Shown in pieces: positions 36,028-48,100 of a stretch of DNA of 64,000 bases. Under the pieces are notes generated by a model. It did not search any database. It was not told where the DNA came from and saw only the letters and a list, made by a program, of their open reading frames with translations. The stretch's first letter is position 1. Each line of letters begins with the position of its first letter. The stretch spans positions 1 to 64,000 of the forward strand of contig JAYWIR010000069.1 of NCBI GenBank assembly GCA_036172245.1, given 5' to 3'. The DNA is from Raillietiella orientalis (lineage: Eukaryota). The position numbers and the translations under genes are program-made.

Positions 36028-39000
36028 TCCGCTGGCGCCAAATGGAGACGCTTGCGACGGACAGGAGGAGTTCTCACCAGATGACGAACCGGCAACAGGA
36101 TGTGGCTTCACCGAAGGGTAGGTTTCAAGACCCGAGTCCAAGCGTGGGAGGGGATCGACCGATGCTCAGGGAGTCGGTAGGGGCGCAGTCCTGGATGCTC
36201 CTGTACCCGCTGACCTCGCAGTCAGCTGCAAAAGAAACAGGTTCGAGGATTCGAGGTTCTGAAGGAAGAGCCCAAGAGAGGTCCATCCCTTTCGTCTCAT
36301 CTCGGATTCATCCCGGTGTCTGGAGAAAGGGTGGTAGGGACAGGACCAGGCGAAACAAATTCGGAGATCACGGTTCACTGCACGACCAAAAGTGAACCTT
36401 TCCGGGAAAAAAGGGTCAGAATCCACAACTTTGGGGAGGAGGAAGATTCGAGAAAAGCCCGGTGGTCGTCAATGGTACCTTGCGCGTGGGGACTAGGAGG
36501 AAAACATACGGCTTTTCAGATCGGTCACCGCAGTGAGGAGGGATGGAACCTCCCTGAGGATAAAAGGCCATCCAGGATACCGCCCCGAGATGTCGTAAAA
36601 GTGGGAGATTCATCGCGGTCGCCTCCGATGCTTCCGGTGTGTGTCACCGAAAGACTGGACTCTTTTTGGAAAAAGGATCATGACGAGGCGGTGACCTTTT
36701 CCCTTCACAGATGCGAACCCTTCCGCGGAATGTCCAAGCACCCACCTGTCCCCATAAGCACCCAACAGGCATGCTTGCCACAGCTCTACTCGTTGTGCTT
36801 GTCGTCCCGGAAAGATTTCTGCAGCTCGTGGACTTCGTTCGCTTGGACGTTGAAGATCTTGACTGCACGGACCATTTGCCGTTCCTCAAGTCTGCGACCA
36901 CCGACTGCCAGGAAGTGTACGGATAGAAATTGGTTAGGCGCATCAGCCACTGAAACCTCCCTACTCTTTAAACTGCAAACATTGGTGATATTCCTGGACA
37001 GCAGCAAAATGCGCGGCATACACTTCCCAGACCTTTTTGCTTGCTGGGGTCTGCGATCAGTTTGGTTCTTGGGAATGCCTCGAGCCAACTTTGGAATTTC
37101 AAGACGCCTGACCTAAACATCGAGACCAGGAAAACCTAAACAGCCGTGTTGGCTTTTAATCTTGCACTGACGCTGACGCCACCTTATCAAACTTGTCCGT
37201 TCTCATGGATGCAGTTTCTACCGGCGTCTCGCTGTTGCAGACGCTCGCAAGGTGGGTGTTGTCTTTGAGTGTGATTTCTTAGGTGCCCCGTAGTTTTCTC
37301 TAAGCCAGACTTGCTACCGGGAAAAACTGTTTTCCCCCATCCCGGATGACGGCTAGGCGACACAGTGAGCAGAGGCATGGAATTTGCAAGCATTCAGTCA
37401 GATGAACGATGGAAAAATTTCCAGTCGAAAGTGCCTAGTGCCCATCCCCTTACTAGAGGTTGAGTTAAGCTACTTGCGTTGACAGTGTCTGCCATAAGAA
37501 ATCCGATCAAAATGCCCCACAACGGAAGCGCAAGAGCCCTCATTAGTCGTCACCAAAAGACTCAAAGCCAAAAGGGTTCCCAAGGGAAAATCACTTCATT
37601 TAAGCTGCATCGGCCAGTCAAGCTAATAGGCCGTGTTGGAATACTCAGAAGCATTCATTCTTCAGTTTTTCCCTACTGTATCACGCAAATAGGAAAAAAA
37701 AAAAAAAAAAAAGAGGCGTGCTGTGCTATGTTGCAATTTAAAATTATAAGCAGCACATGATGGCAAAGTTTGATTTTCCTAATTTTAAGGAGCTGCCTTT
37801 CTCAATGATGAACACACATGATCGGACCGAAAACGAAAGAAACACGGAAACAAAACAAATGCCATGTTTCATTCGGGTACACTTCCATTTGCCTGTGTTT
37901 GTGGCTACCATTAGCCATGTGGTTTACCGGAGACAACGGCAAAACACATGAAGCAAACTCTTAATTGCAACTCTTCCGCGTTGAAACCCATGGAAACAAA
38001 TAGGATGGAATTTCAAAGTGACAGCATTTTTGCATAAAAATAAATCCTCTGGAGTATTGTTCTCAAAATTCGATTATTTGCAAAACCAATGACCGAACAA
38101 AAACGAATCAAGTCTTTCTAAAAATATAAATTTCCGATCCAGTTTTACTTTCCAAACATACAGGGACAATGAACAAATCCTTGGCAGAACTTTTACGAAT
38201 GCCGGCCACCCTTGATCCCATCGAAAAAATGAATGCAGTTTTGCATTCATGATCGTTTCTTGGAATAAGTTACACATGGAATTATTGTTACTTCTTTGAA
38301 AACACCCCTGGAACCATAATTTTTATACTGTTGTAATACTTCACTGCAACTACATTATCATCTATAGCATTCATGTGCCTATCCAGCTCTGTTGACTTCT
38401 TCATTGCATCGCCCCTAGCTATTTATCATTTTCACATGTCAAGCACGGGTTTCCTTCATAACCCACTAAAGAGGGTAACCAATGGAACTGTTCTTCAGAC
38501 TCATTGGAATATCATTATCTAACTTGTAAAGGACCTCAATACTCTCCAAAAATTTATGTCACCCATCTTTTCTCCGTAACTATGGATTTCCACTCTTTTT
38601 TTTCTTTTTCTTCTTTTTTTTGGGGGGGGGTCTCAATCATTTCAATGACATCAGTGTAATAGTAACATCTACATGGCTCCAAAATATTTCAATGGATTTG
38701 TTTTAAAAAAAATCATTCTTGTTTTCCAAGTCCTAAAATTACTTTTGCATTGTGTTGTCATCCATTATTCAACTTTTTTTTTACTTTACTGCTTAAAAAG
38801 AAAATCTAGCCGAATTCAGCAAACATACAATTTGCACTCAGAAGGTTTCAAAACTGTGATGTTGGATTCCCATGTGGCATCCTGAAGAGCATTTATTTGC
38901 TATAATTAGATCTGGAATCAAACCAGATATACACCACCTTTGGAGAAACTTGGACTTCATTTGACTATGACAAGTAAACATGAATATACAAATAAACAAT

Positions 39001-41898
39001 TAATGTCACTTTCAGTTGCTGTGAAGAGAATTTGAAATTGCCTTTGGAAATTGTGATCACATGCCATCAGAACAAATAAGCAGAGACATTTTTAAGGATA
39101 GCTAGAATTGTTAACATTACAGCAGCATAATGAAGGAGTTAGTAGTGGTAAGACCGTGCACAAGCACTCTAGTATAACTCTGGCAAATACAACTTGATGA
39201 ATGACTATACAGAGTTTCAGGATATGAATTGGACTTCCTCTGTACGATTCTTAGCTTGAAAATTGTACAACTACTTCCAATTCATTCCCATGAAGTCTCT
39301 AAAAAATCCTTTTACATCATGAGCATGCCTCAGGGTTTTGTAGCTGCTTTATTTCTCTGTAATTTGAATGCTTAAAAAAATTTTAAACAGCGGTTTGCAT
39401 CAATAATAGCACTTTTATTATATGTGATGTTTTTTTGCTTTTTTGGAAAATCATTTCCTTTTTGCAATTTTTACATGGATCTTCTACACAGAATATGCTA
39501 CTGTATCAATATATACGAGATTCCAAACTGTCCAGATGTTGATATACTTTCAAACACTTTCATATTTCCACATGCAGTAAACACTTTTGCAATGTTCCAT
39601 ATTGTAATCCCATTGAAGGGCCTTCACTTGCAGATTGCACTTGACAAGGATGGATTATTTTATGGAACTACATTTGATACACATTGGGCATGATCGATTT
39701 TAATTACAAAAACAGACATGTAAAAAATTAAAAGCCAAAATCTGCGATTCCTCCTGTAAAGGATCATCAGTCATATCCATTTATGACTTCCTATTACCCT
39801 ACACAGTACTGTTTTCCTCATTTCCTTACCACCCAGTTCAGTTTAAAATCACTATTCCAATTCAGTATAAATTTCTAATCTCAATCACACCGAAAAATTC
39901 TAGCAAATAGCAACTCGTTTGCAAGAAATCATTTTTCATCTGTGCCAAATTTAATGATCACCTTTAGAACACAAAACTATAACAAGCACATGAACAGGAA
40001 CTGTGTTTCTATATATCCAAATCATCACTACAATTGAAATCCCCAAAATAATGATGATCACAAAGTCTAACCCTAGACAAAAAGAATTACTTGCAAATTT
40101 TTCAGGATCATTTGAAATTTGTGTATGAGAATTACTTACAAGAAGGATTGGTAAATCTGAGTCAACCAGTATCTGGGCAATCGTTTGAAACCTTTCATAG
40201 CATTTTTAACAGGTAGTGCGACAACTGCTGAGGAAAATGCACATATATGTGCGAGTTGAGGAAAACTCACCAAATAATACCACCTCAGGGGACCCAAGAC
40301 TGCAAACCGGATCATGAACAGAAAACAAAATCAAACATAGAACTGGAAAAATGAAAAGGCCCAACAAATGCAGTATATGAGAACAAAGCCAATATCACCA
40401 CATAAATGCCCCTCTTTGGTTCAAAACTGTTAAGATAAAGTTTCTAAACCAGCTTGGTATAGATAAAGAGACCGCGTACTTCAATGAACAGTGTCATATA
40501 ATGTGAATGTTTCAGCGTTTTTACTTCGAAGATATAACTTTCCGATAATAGAATAACGACAGGAATTTATTCCTTCGTGCAAATATCAGTTTCTTATTTT
40601 CAGCATCAACGTGCTGGCAATACAAGTAATTAGCACATTCCTTCGACACGTTCTGATGCAGTGTAAATCAACCCTAACGACACACAGGAAAGAAAATTCC
40701 TAGTAAAAGGCAGATTTGTAGGCAAACCTGAACACACAAACGACCCGCAGATGACTTGATAGAGGGTAAAATCTCAAGAAGAAAATGGCTCTGTGGAACG
40801 GAAGCATTAAAAATACCTGGCCGGAAAGATATACGTCACCCAGATCATCTCCAGGAAATCCATCACAGATATGCCCTTACCATATAGGATTCAGATCGGG
40901 ATTCCAGCATATCTGAGGCGAATCGGTACGATTCAGTACGTTCGATTCATATAAAGTGCAATAAGGCGAGGAATTTGTCAGATCTTAGGAACCGTCTGGC
41001 CCTTCGGGGGGAAAGCCCGTGCTTGCGTTAATGAAAACTTTCAATCACGGAATTCCCATCCGTGGAAGTGCAGCCGAGAAAGCGACTCCAAAGCAAATAA
41101 CGCGAGTGCTATTGCATAGCTCCCGAGACTTTGGAAGGCTCCCCATCGAAGTGTGCGTATTTTAAAAATTATGCGAGTGCACGTTGTTGTTTTGCAGCCG
41201 TTGCCAAGTCAATGCAGATATCTTTACAGCAAAAATTGGAAGAAATCCACACGTCATGGAGTCGGTGGATGCCACGATGCAGGGGTATCTTCGACACGAA
41301 GAAATGAGGGATGCTGTGAATAACTCTGCTTTGTTTTCAATAACGTGATTATGGGTGCACCTGGTGGCAATAACCACAGCAGTCTCAAGAGACAAATCTG
41401 GAGGAGGTATTTCACATGCCGTATGAAAAACTCAAGCTCATAAAAAAGCAGTTTGAGCATCATTGCTTCAAGGGGATCAGTGCCTCAATATCACTGCTTC
41501 TGTTCTCCTGGCTCTTCGATTCGAAGTTTGAAACACAGAGTTCTTCTTCAAGTTTAAGTTTTATACGCATTCTCAAGATTACTTGAGTGTATTTCTTAAT
41601 TTTGCAGTAGTTTCAAAGGACAAAAGCAGAACATACATCAGATTTGCATGTGCTTCCTCAGCTTCAGAATATAAAGGAACCTGCAAAAGCTTAGGCAAAC
41701 ATTTTTTCCAGTGATTCTGATGCCTTTTAATATGAACCTCTCTCTGAAGGTCCTGAAATGCTATACTTTTAGGCAATGAATTTCGTGTATTTTAGAATAG
41801 TTATCAGTGTCATGGACGTTGAAACTGCTGGTGCTGCTACCAGGATAGTCCAAAAGCTAAGTTGAATTAACGGAACTAAAATATATACATCTTTCGAA

Positions 41899-42560
41899 GC
41901 AGAGCACGCCTGTCTCATGGACACTGCGGAAGTGGATGTACGCTGAGTCGAGTGCGGTGAAAGGGAAACCTTCCCGCATCTTACATTCGAGTGTGTCTCC
42001 CTGGTTGGACTTGGGAGTCGACTTGCCCCAATCCTCCATCTTCCAGTAGGCGACCCTAAGGACATATACAGACGCCTCTTTCTGCGTAACGGCCTGCGTC
42101 CGCTGCGTCTCTAGCACTCCTCTGCTGCGTGCGCGGCATTGTGCAAAGGTGGAACGCAAGAAGAAGAGGCCAAAGATGCACGGACGCCATCCACTGGACG
42201 ACGATCTCTTTGGAGACGGCGACAAGGTGGCGTCTACCACCCATGAGAAAAGCAGAACTTGTCAGCATCCTGCATAGGATGCAGAGGACCGACCCAGGCG
42301 CCCAGTGATCCCCTCCCTGCCCTCCACTCCCCCAAATAACTATTCCCCTCCCCGTTATTTCTCTTTTTCTTTCTTTCTGTTTCAGTTTCCCCTCCCCCTG
42401 TGCCTAGGGAGAGGACCTCGCCGGTCTTAGCACCGGCTCACGACAAGTCCGCCAGCGTGGGAGAACCAAGTGTTCCCCCACAAAAAACCTATTCAAAGAC
42501 TTTATTATCTAATTCATACTAAATTAGAATAATAAATGCCCCGGCATATCTGGGTGACAA
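41899..42560 (+). mobile_element. Isolated 5'-truncated Tx1/L1-like copy with a 12-bp target-site duplication
   Basis: ECGERETFPHLTFEC knuckle remnant, 3' UTR, and terminus AATAAATGCCCCGGCATATCTGGGTGACAA. Flanked by ACATCTTTCGAA (41887-41898) and ACATCTTTTGAA (42561-42572). Confidence 0.85.
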
Positions 42561-45184
42561 ACATCTTTTGAAATAAATCAGTTTGTGTCTCTGTGAATTT
42601 TGGCAAATTGCCATTTACAGATTCTATGAATAATGCTGTCTGTCATCCACATTGATAGGAAACATTTCACATCTTTCAGTTTCTGGTGATGTATTCTTAA
42701 GGTTTCAATAACCAGTACACAATACTCTGAGCACCGCCTTTCTTATTTATAACACTGTTAGACTGAAGACCTGGCTGTTTCATGGACTCAAGTTGCAAGT
42801 CTGAAGTTGCATTTACATCTCCTGTTGACGAAATTCCCGAACCCACGACGAACTTAAGGGATCTTTTCATTAAAAGGAAATCCACATCAAAGCTTGGAGA
42901 GGAGATCTAAGAAAAACCTGAGAGCAAATTGTTTGCGCCGTGGAATCCATGTCGTCGATCCATCGTATTTCGGTTGTTTTGTGGCTAACGCGCAAAATGA
43001 GTTTTTTTTTTTCTTCGAAACTCCCACAAACAGCACAAGGTCTCATTATATTTTTTTAACAGTAGTGGATGGCTAATCGATTATTTACCCTGAACAGCGG
43101 TTTATTAGAAATTCGCTTAATTGCTGCATAAGTAGCACTAGCACTGTATACATTCTGCTAGATTTTTGGCAGACTGTTTCGTGAAAAACTGTCTGTAAGA
43201 AAACAAAGCAAATCTTACAGACTGCTCGACATTACGACTTCTGAAAGACGATGATATTTGATTCCACAGAACTAAGGACTGACATCAAGCAATGATAAGT
43301 GGAAAGGAGTAAAGAAAGCAAAGTTTAATCAATGTAGCATTTACTTGAGTGTTATGAGCACTATGAAAAAGCAGAGATAGCGAAAACATGAGTTCATGTA
43401 ACTACAGTTTAGCGATTTTAGCTATTCCTTTGTAAAATGAAGATTTGTTCATATAAAATTCATTTTTAGTGTCCAAAAATTAATTTTCCTTTTCCAAACC
43501 GATCCGGTCACAAGTTACTTACTCAAGACTTTGAAGTGTTGCCTATTTTTTTGCATTACAAAAGCTTGTCTATTTCTAATCTAGACATTGATGCACAGAA
43601 CTAAATTAATTTTGATAATATATCCTGTTGTATTGTGTCATGAACTCATAGCTGTGAAATTATATGAATATGTTTCCCATTTGTAATGTGTATACAAAAA
43701 TCTGTACTGTACTGACTTTCGCGTGAAACTATTATTTGCTCTCTAAGAAGTCGTATGGTGGCCTTAACTTAAAGTAATTGTATGCTCATCATATCTTGAA
43801 AAGTTCCATTCTTTTGTATCTCCCAGCATGGGCAGACAAATCTTTGTTTTGAATTCGCTAGGAAAATGATCAACAGCACAGCTTGAGAGAGTCGTAATTA
43901 GCTTCAGCAAGAAACGATAAAACTTTTCTTAAATGTGACTAGATTAAAAACTCGATAGAAAGATTATAATATGATGGAAAATGACAAAAGAACTAAGGAA
44001 ATAAAAGAATTGCAGAATGAAGCCAAAGAGAGGATTTAGCTCTACGAAAAACTTTCAATCTTCCTTCCCGTCCTCAAAACCCGCGATCAGATGCTCAAAT
44101 ATGTGAATGGTACAACTTTCATTTTAATATGAACTTAATTTGGATGTAGTTGTGGACACGTTATGAATGCTTATGTAGTAATTTTTTGCACAGCAATAGA
44201 GGATGTGTTTAATTCATACTCCTTGAAGATTTTTTTTTCCAGAAGCACACATTCATTCTTCTTGTGAGAAAGAAGAAAATGATCTCTAACTTCTGTGTTT
44301 CAAGCAATACTCATCTAATTCAGATTCTTTACTCCGTCGAGCTGCTTTGCAATCTTTGTATCCTGAAATTGTAAACAATCCAGTGATAGCCATACTAAGT
44401 TGTTTTTGGCAAGGATTTTTGACGATGACTACCAGCTCCAAGATGGTTTGAGAGTTACTGTTGCGAAGATTGTTTTGCTTCAAGGTGTAAGGCATGTAGA
44501 AATTCATCTAACTGGAATCCGTCACGGAATTCCTTCAACTATCGAGAAAAAAAAAATTCTTCAACTTTGGTATAAAAATACGAAAAGCTTCTGGATCATT
44601 CTTCATAAAAATAACCTATTCCGTTAACCTTTGAAATGATTTGGTCGCCACTGTCATCACTAGGTATCAACGTAAATTCGCTGTTCAGAATTCATTTGAT
44701 GAATTTGATTCTTATGTATCACTTTGGAGGCAATGCTTTATTTCAAGAAAAAAATTGGCAGCCATGCGTTCCTTATTTGAACTGTAAGTGTGGAAAACTG
44801 CAGATGATAATGTAATAACAAAAAGTATTAATTGCTAAATGTTTTTATGCAAGATATGATATTTGCCGATCGTTGGTATATGTCCAAATGCTGAGGAGAT
44901 ATGAGATCTGATGTATGTGCACCAATTTATTCCATTCCTGAATCCGGACGATCTGCAAAGTGAATCTACATACTGAATTGCGAATTGAGGTTTTAGGAAA
45001 CTAAATATGAGGTTGACTTCTTGTTTAAGGTGCATCGGAGAACTAACCAAAAAGTTTGCAAATCTTCCAGAGTCATATATCAAAAGAAAGACAGAATGGG
45101 TATGTTCATTAAATTCAACTTATTAATTGAAGCTATTTATAAAAGTTGAGATTATATCATAGTGTAATACATTTTGGTATCGGG

Positions 45185-48100
45185 ATGTTTTTTAGATTCA
45201 CACCAGAATTTAGGGCAGTATTAAAGTGGCGCATTTTTCAGGTTGTCTTCAAAACACCAGATGCACCAATGTACCAAAAAAAAAAAATTCAGAAAAAAGT
45301 TTATCAATATACTCTTGACAGACCTTGGACAGCAGAATTTAGAGAAGCAAATAGGAAGCGCTTGCCTAAAGTATGGTTAAAACCCATAGGAAAGCACAGC
45401 ATATTCAAGGGCGATATGGTAATATTTTAAGTTGAAATTCGAACTCAATAAAACTTATATCTATCCCAAAATTCTTGACATGTTTGCATTGTGACAGTAC
45501 TCGTGGACTAGATTCAGAGGTCTTGATTTTTTACGTTAATTAACATGAAGTTATTGTATTTAGTGTATCATTTGAAATTCGAGTATACATGATTTATCTG
45601 TCATATTAGGTACAGATCCTCAAAGGAAAAGACAAAGGTAAAAATGGAGTTGTGTGTCAGCTCATACAGGAAAGACAGTGGGTTCTAGTGGAGGGTTTAA
45701 ACTGCATATATAAGCTTATAGAGAAAACCAAAACATTTCCTGGAATTTTGCATAAGGTGGAACAACCTTTGTTAATAAATGAAGAAGTTTCATTGATTGA
45801 TCCTGAAGATCAGTAAGTTTTTTCAGTTAGTTAAGCCATTTGTTCTCTCTAATGCTTAGATTTTGTAACTACTGATTCAAAAAACTCTTGTCATTTATGG
45901 ATGTAAATTTCTCTATTTGCACTTGTGTCAATTTTTCAAACTGGTTGTTTAGTGGATACATTTGTTAACAAATGTTATGGAAGAATATAAGGAAACTTTT
46001 TCTTCATGATCAGTTAAAGATAATTATCATTCGATGCGTTCAAGATAAACAAAAATGTGCATTAGAAATATATATTGTCCAAACTGTGTTTAACAGATAA
46101 GCATTATTATTGGAAATGTGGAATAATCTAATTAAGGTAAGGGCTGTTATGAAGAAGGAAATGAAGAATAACTTGAAATATCAAGGAGGCTCATATAATT
46201 TAGCCATGAATAACCAAGATCTGTTTGTTACTTGATTGTGTGTCTCCTAAACATTTTGTTTTTAATGTCTAGTTTCATAAATTTGAAACAGAAATTTTTG
46301 TAGAATACTTGGAAAATAAATCATTAAGCGTATTTAAGTTTAATACCACAGTCTGATTTGAGCGGAAGGAAAAATTCTCAATCATGATAGAAATGCATGC
46401 TTGGGACTCTTGTTTAATAACATAACACGGGGAACGAAAAGTCTTTGATTAATGGCTAATGAAACAAAGAACTCTGTGAAGTCAAGTCTTTCAGAAAGTT
46501 GGAGCATTTGGCAAACATGAGTAAATGAAAATTTAATGTTTATTGTTGCTTGCATTGCATGAAGATAAAGTTGAGACCCTCTTTATGCAATGGAATGCAA
46601 ATGCAAGGATAAAAGCCTGGAACAGTGTTTCAACAACTGATAATGAGGAGAATGATCACCATGAAATTCCTTAAAACTGATTGTGGAGCTGAAAGAAAAT
46701 GAGTTTCGTTCAGTCCGAAAGTCTCCAAAAGGCCGAAAATAATCGCATTCTTCTAGATCGCCATTTTGTGAACAGAAATTATTCCGTGAATATGTGTCGA
46801 ATTTTTTTCCTGAGCTCCTATTTCGATTTGGATATCTTGCCAAGTCTGTTCAGAGTTCAGCATGCTCGGGTAGGCATGTAATGAAAGTGTGGTTTGTCCA
46901 CTGGAAAAAAATTGTTTCCTTGTCTCCTTAACCTCTAATTTAGCATTAATCACCGTTCCTGCTAGTAGATCAGATTGACATTTGTATTTTTTGTGAAGGG
47001 TGAACCCTTGAAAACCCTTGCAGGATTCCACGTGTTGGCCTTCATGCCTGCGTTCCGTTCTCGATAGCACTTGCTCCTCATGTGGGTTTCCAAAACGATT
47101 TGCATGTGCACGGAATGCATCGGTCATGTGGATGGGATTGACTTTATGACGTCGCCTACCGAAGTTTTATGAGAAACGGACGCCGTGCCGTTGTTGATGA
47201 TTTCGATCGTGTTTCACGCTTCGGTTGGGTGGTTCAAGTTGGCTCAGAATCGGAGAGTTTCTCCCTCCGACTCGTCCGTTTGTCGTCCTCTCCGTCTGCC
47301 ACCAACCCGGACATTGGAAGGTCATCTGTGTTCGGACGTCAGTGGGGTCACTGATTTTTGCTTCGAAAATAAATGCTATGATTTCGTGTGAAGGAAGCAG
47401 CTGTGAAAGGACACCACTGAGATCAAAGGTCGTTGTTGCGAAAAGTGTAAACAAAGCAAAAATGGGGATTTCAAAAAGCAGTTTTCTTTTTCCGGAGATC
47501 ACTTGTTGACTGATGACGTATTTTAGAACGGGGGACTCTCGCTGCTTACTTTTTTTCACCTATGGTGAAATGTAGAAATATCCATCGCAGTGCCCCCCAT
47601 CCTTTTTTTTTTACACCTCGAGAATCGGTGCTATTTTTTTAAACATTATTCCCGGAAGGTCACTTCCATTGGTGCAGGAATTTTAGTATGCGTAAATCGT
47701 TATAATTCTTGGAACTGATCTCTCAGGTACATAAAATTTATCTTGCAAAATATTTCGTTTCAGCAAACCAACAAAAATAGAATGGCGTTATTTGGAAAGT
47801 GGCGAACAAGTCCGTGTATCAATTCGGAGTGGGAGAGTGATTCCCATGCCCAAAGCTGCTGAAGAAACGAAAGATTACAAAGAGAAAAAATTTTATTACG
47901 GTTAGTATTTTTTATTTTTCCTCTGGTAATTCGGGTTTATGTAATTTTTAATTATGTCGTCCCGAACGCGGGGGAATCTCACTGATAGCGAGCTTCCTCG
48001 CCGATCATCTGTCGGTGATGAGCTTCTGCTTGCTTTGATTTTCAACGTATTCCGCCTTTTGGTGCCACGAAGTCCTTTCTTTTGGCACTTACAGATCTTT

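Noticed and set aside
29299..36395. Many long overlapping ORFs (for example the 533-aa and 459-aa ORFs, and + strand ORFs)
   Set aside because: Explained by GC-rich FUK exons read through introns, in shadow frames or antisense.
39950..40960. Run of - strand splice-like signals with a hydrophobic segment (LDFVIIIILGISIVVMIWIY)
   Set aside because: Exon phases could not be reconciled into one ORF. A gene may exist but cannot be supported from sequence alone.
44286..45083. Possible small gene divergent from MRPL24 (DQIISK|LKEFRDGFQLDEFLHALHLE)
   Set aside because: Only two or three exons fit, with no start and no recognisable family.
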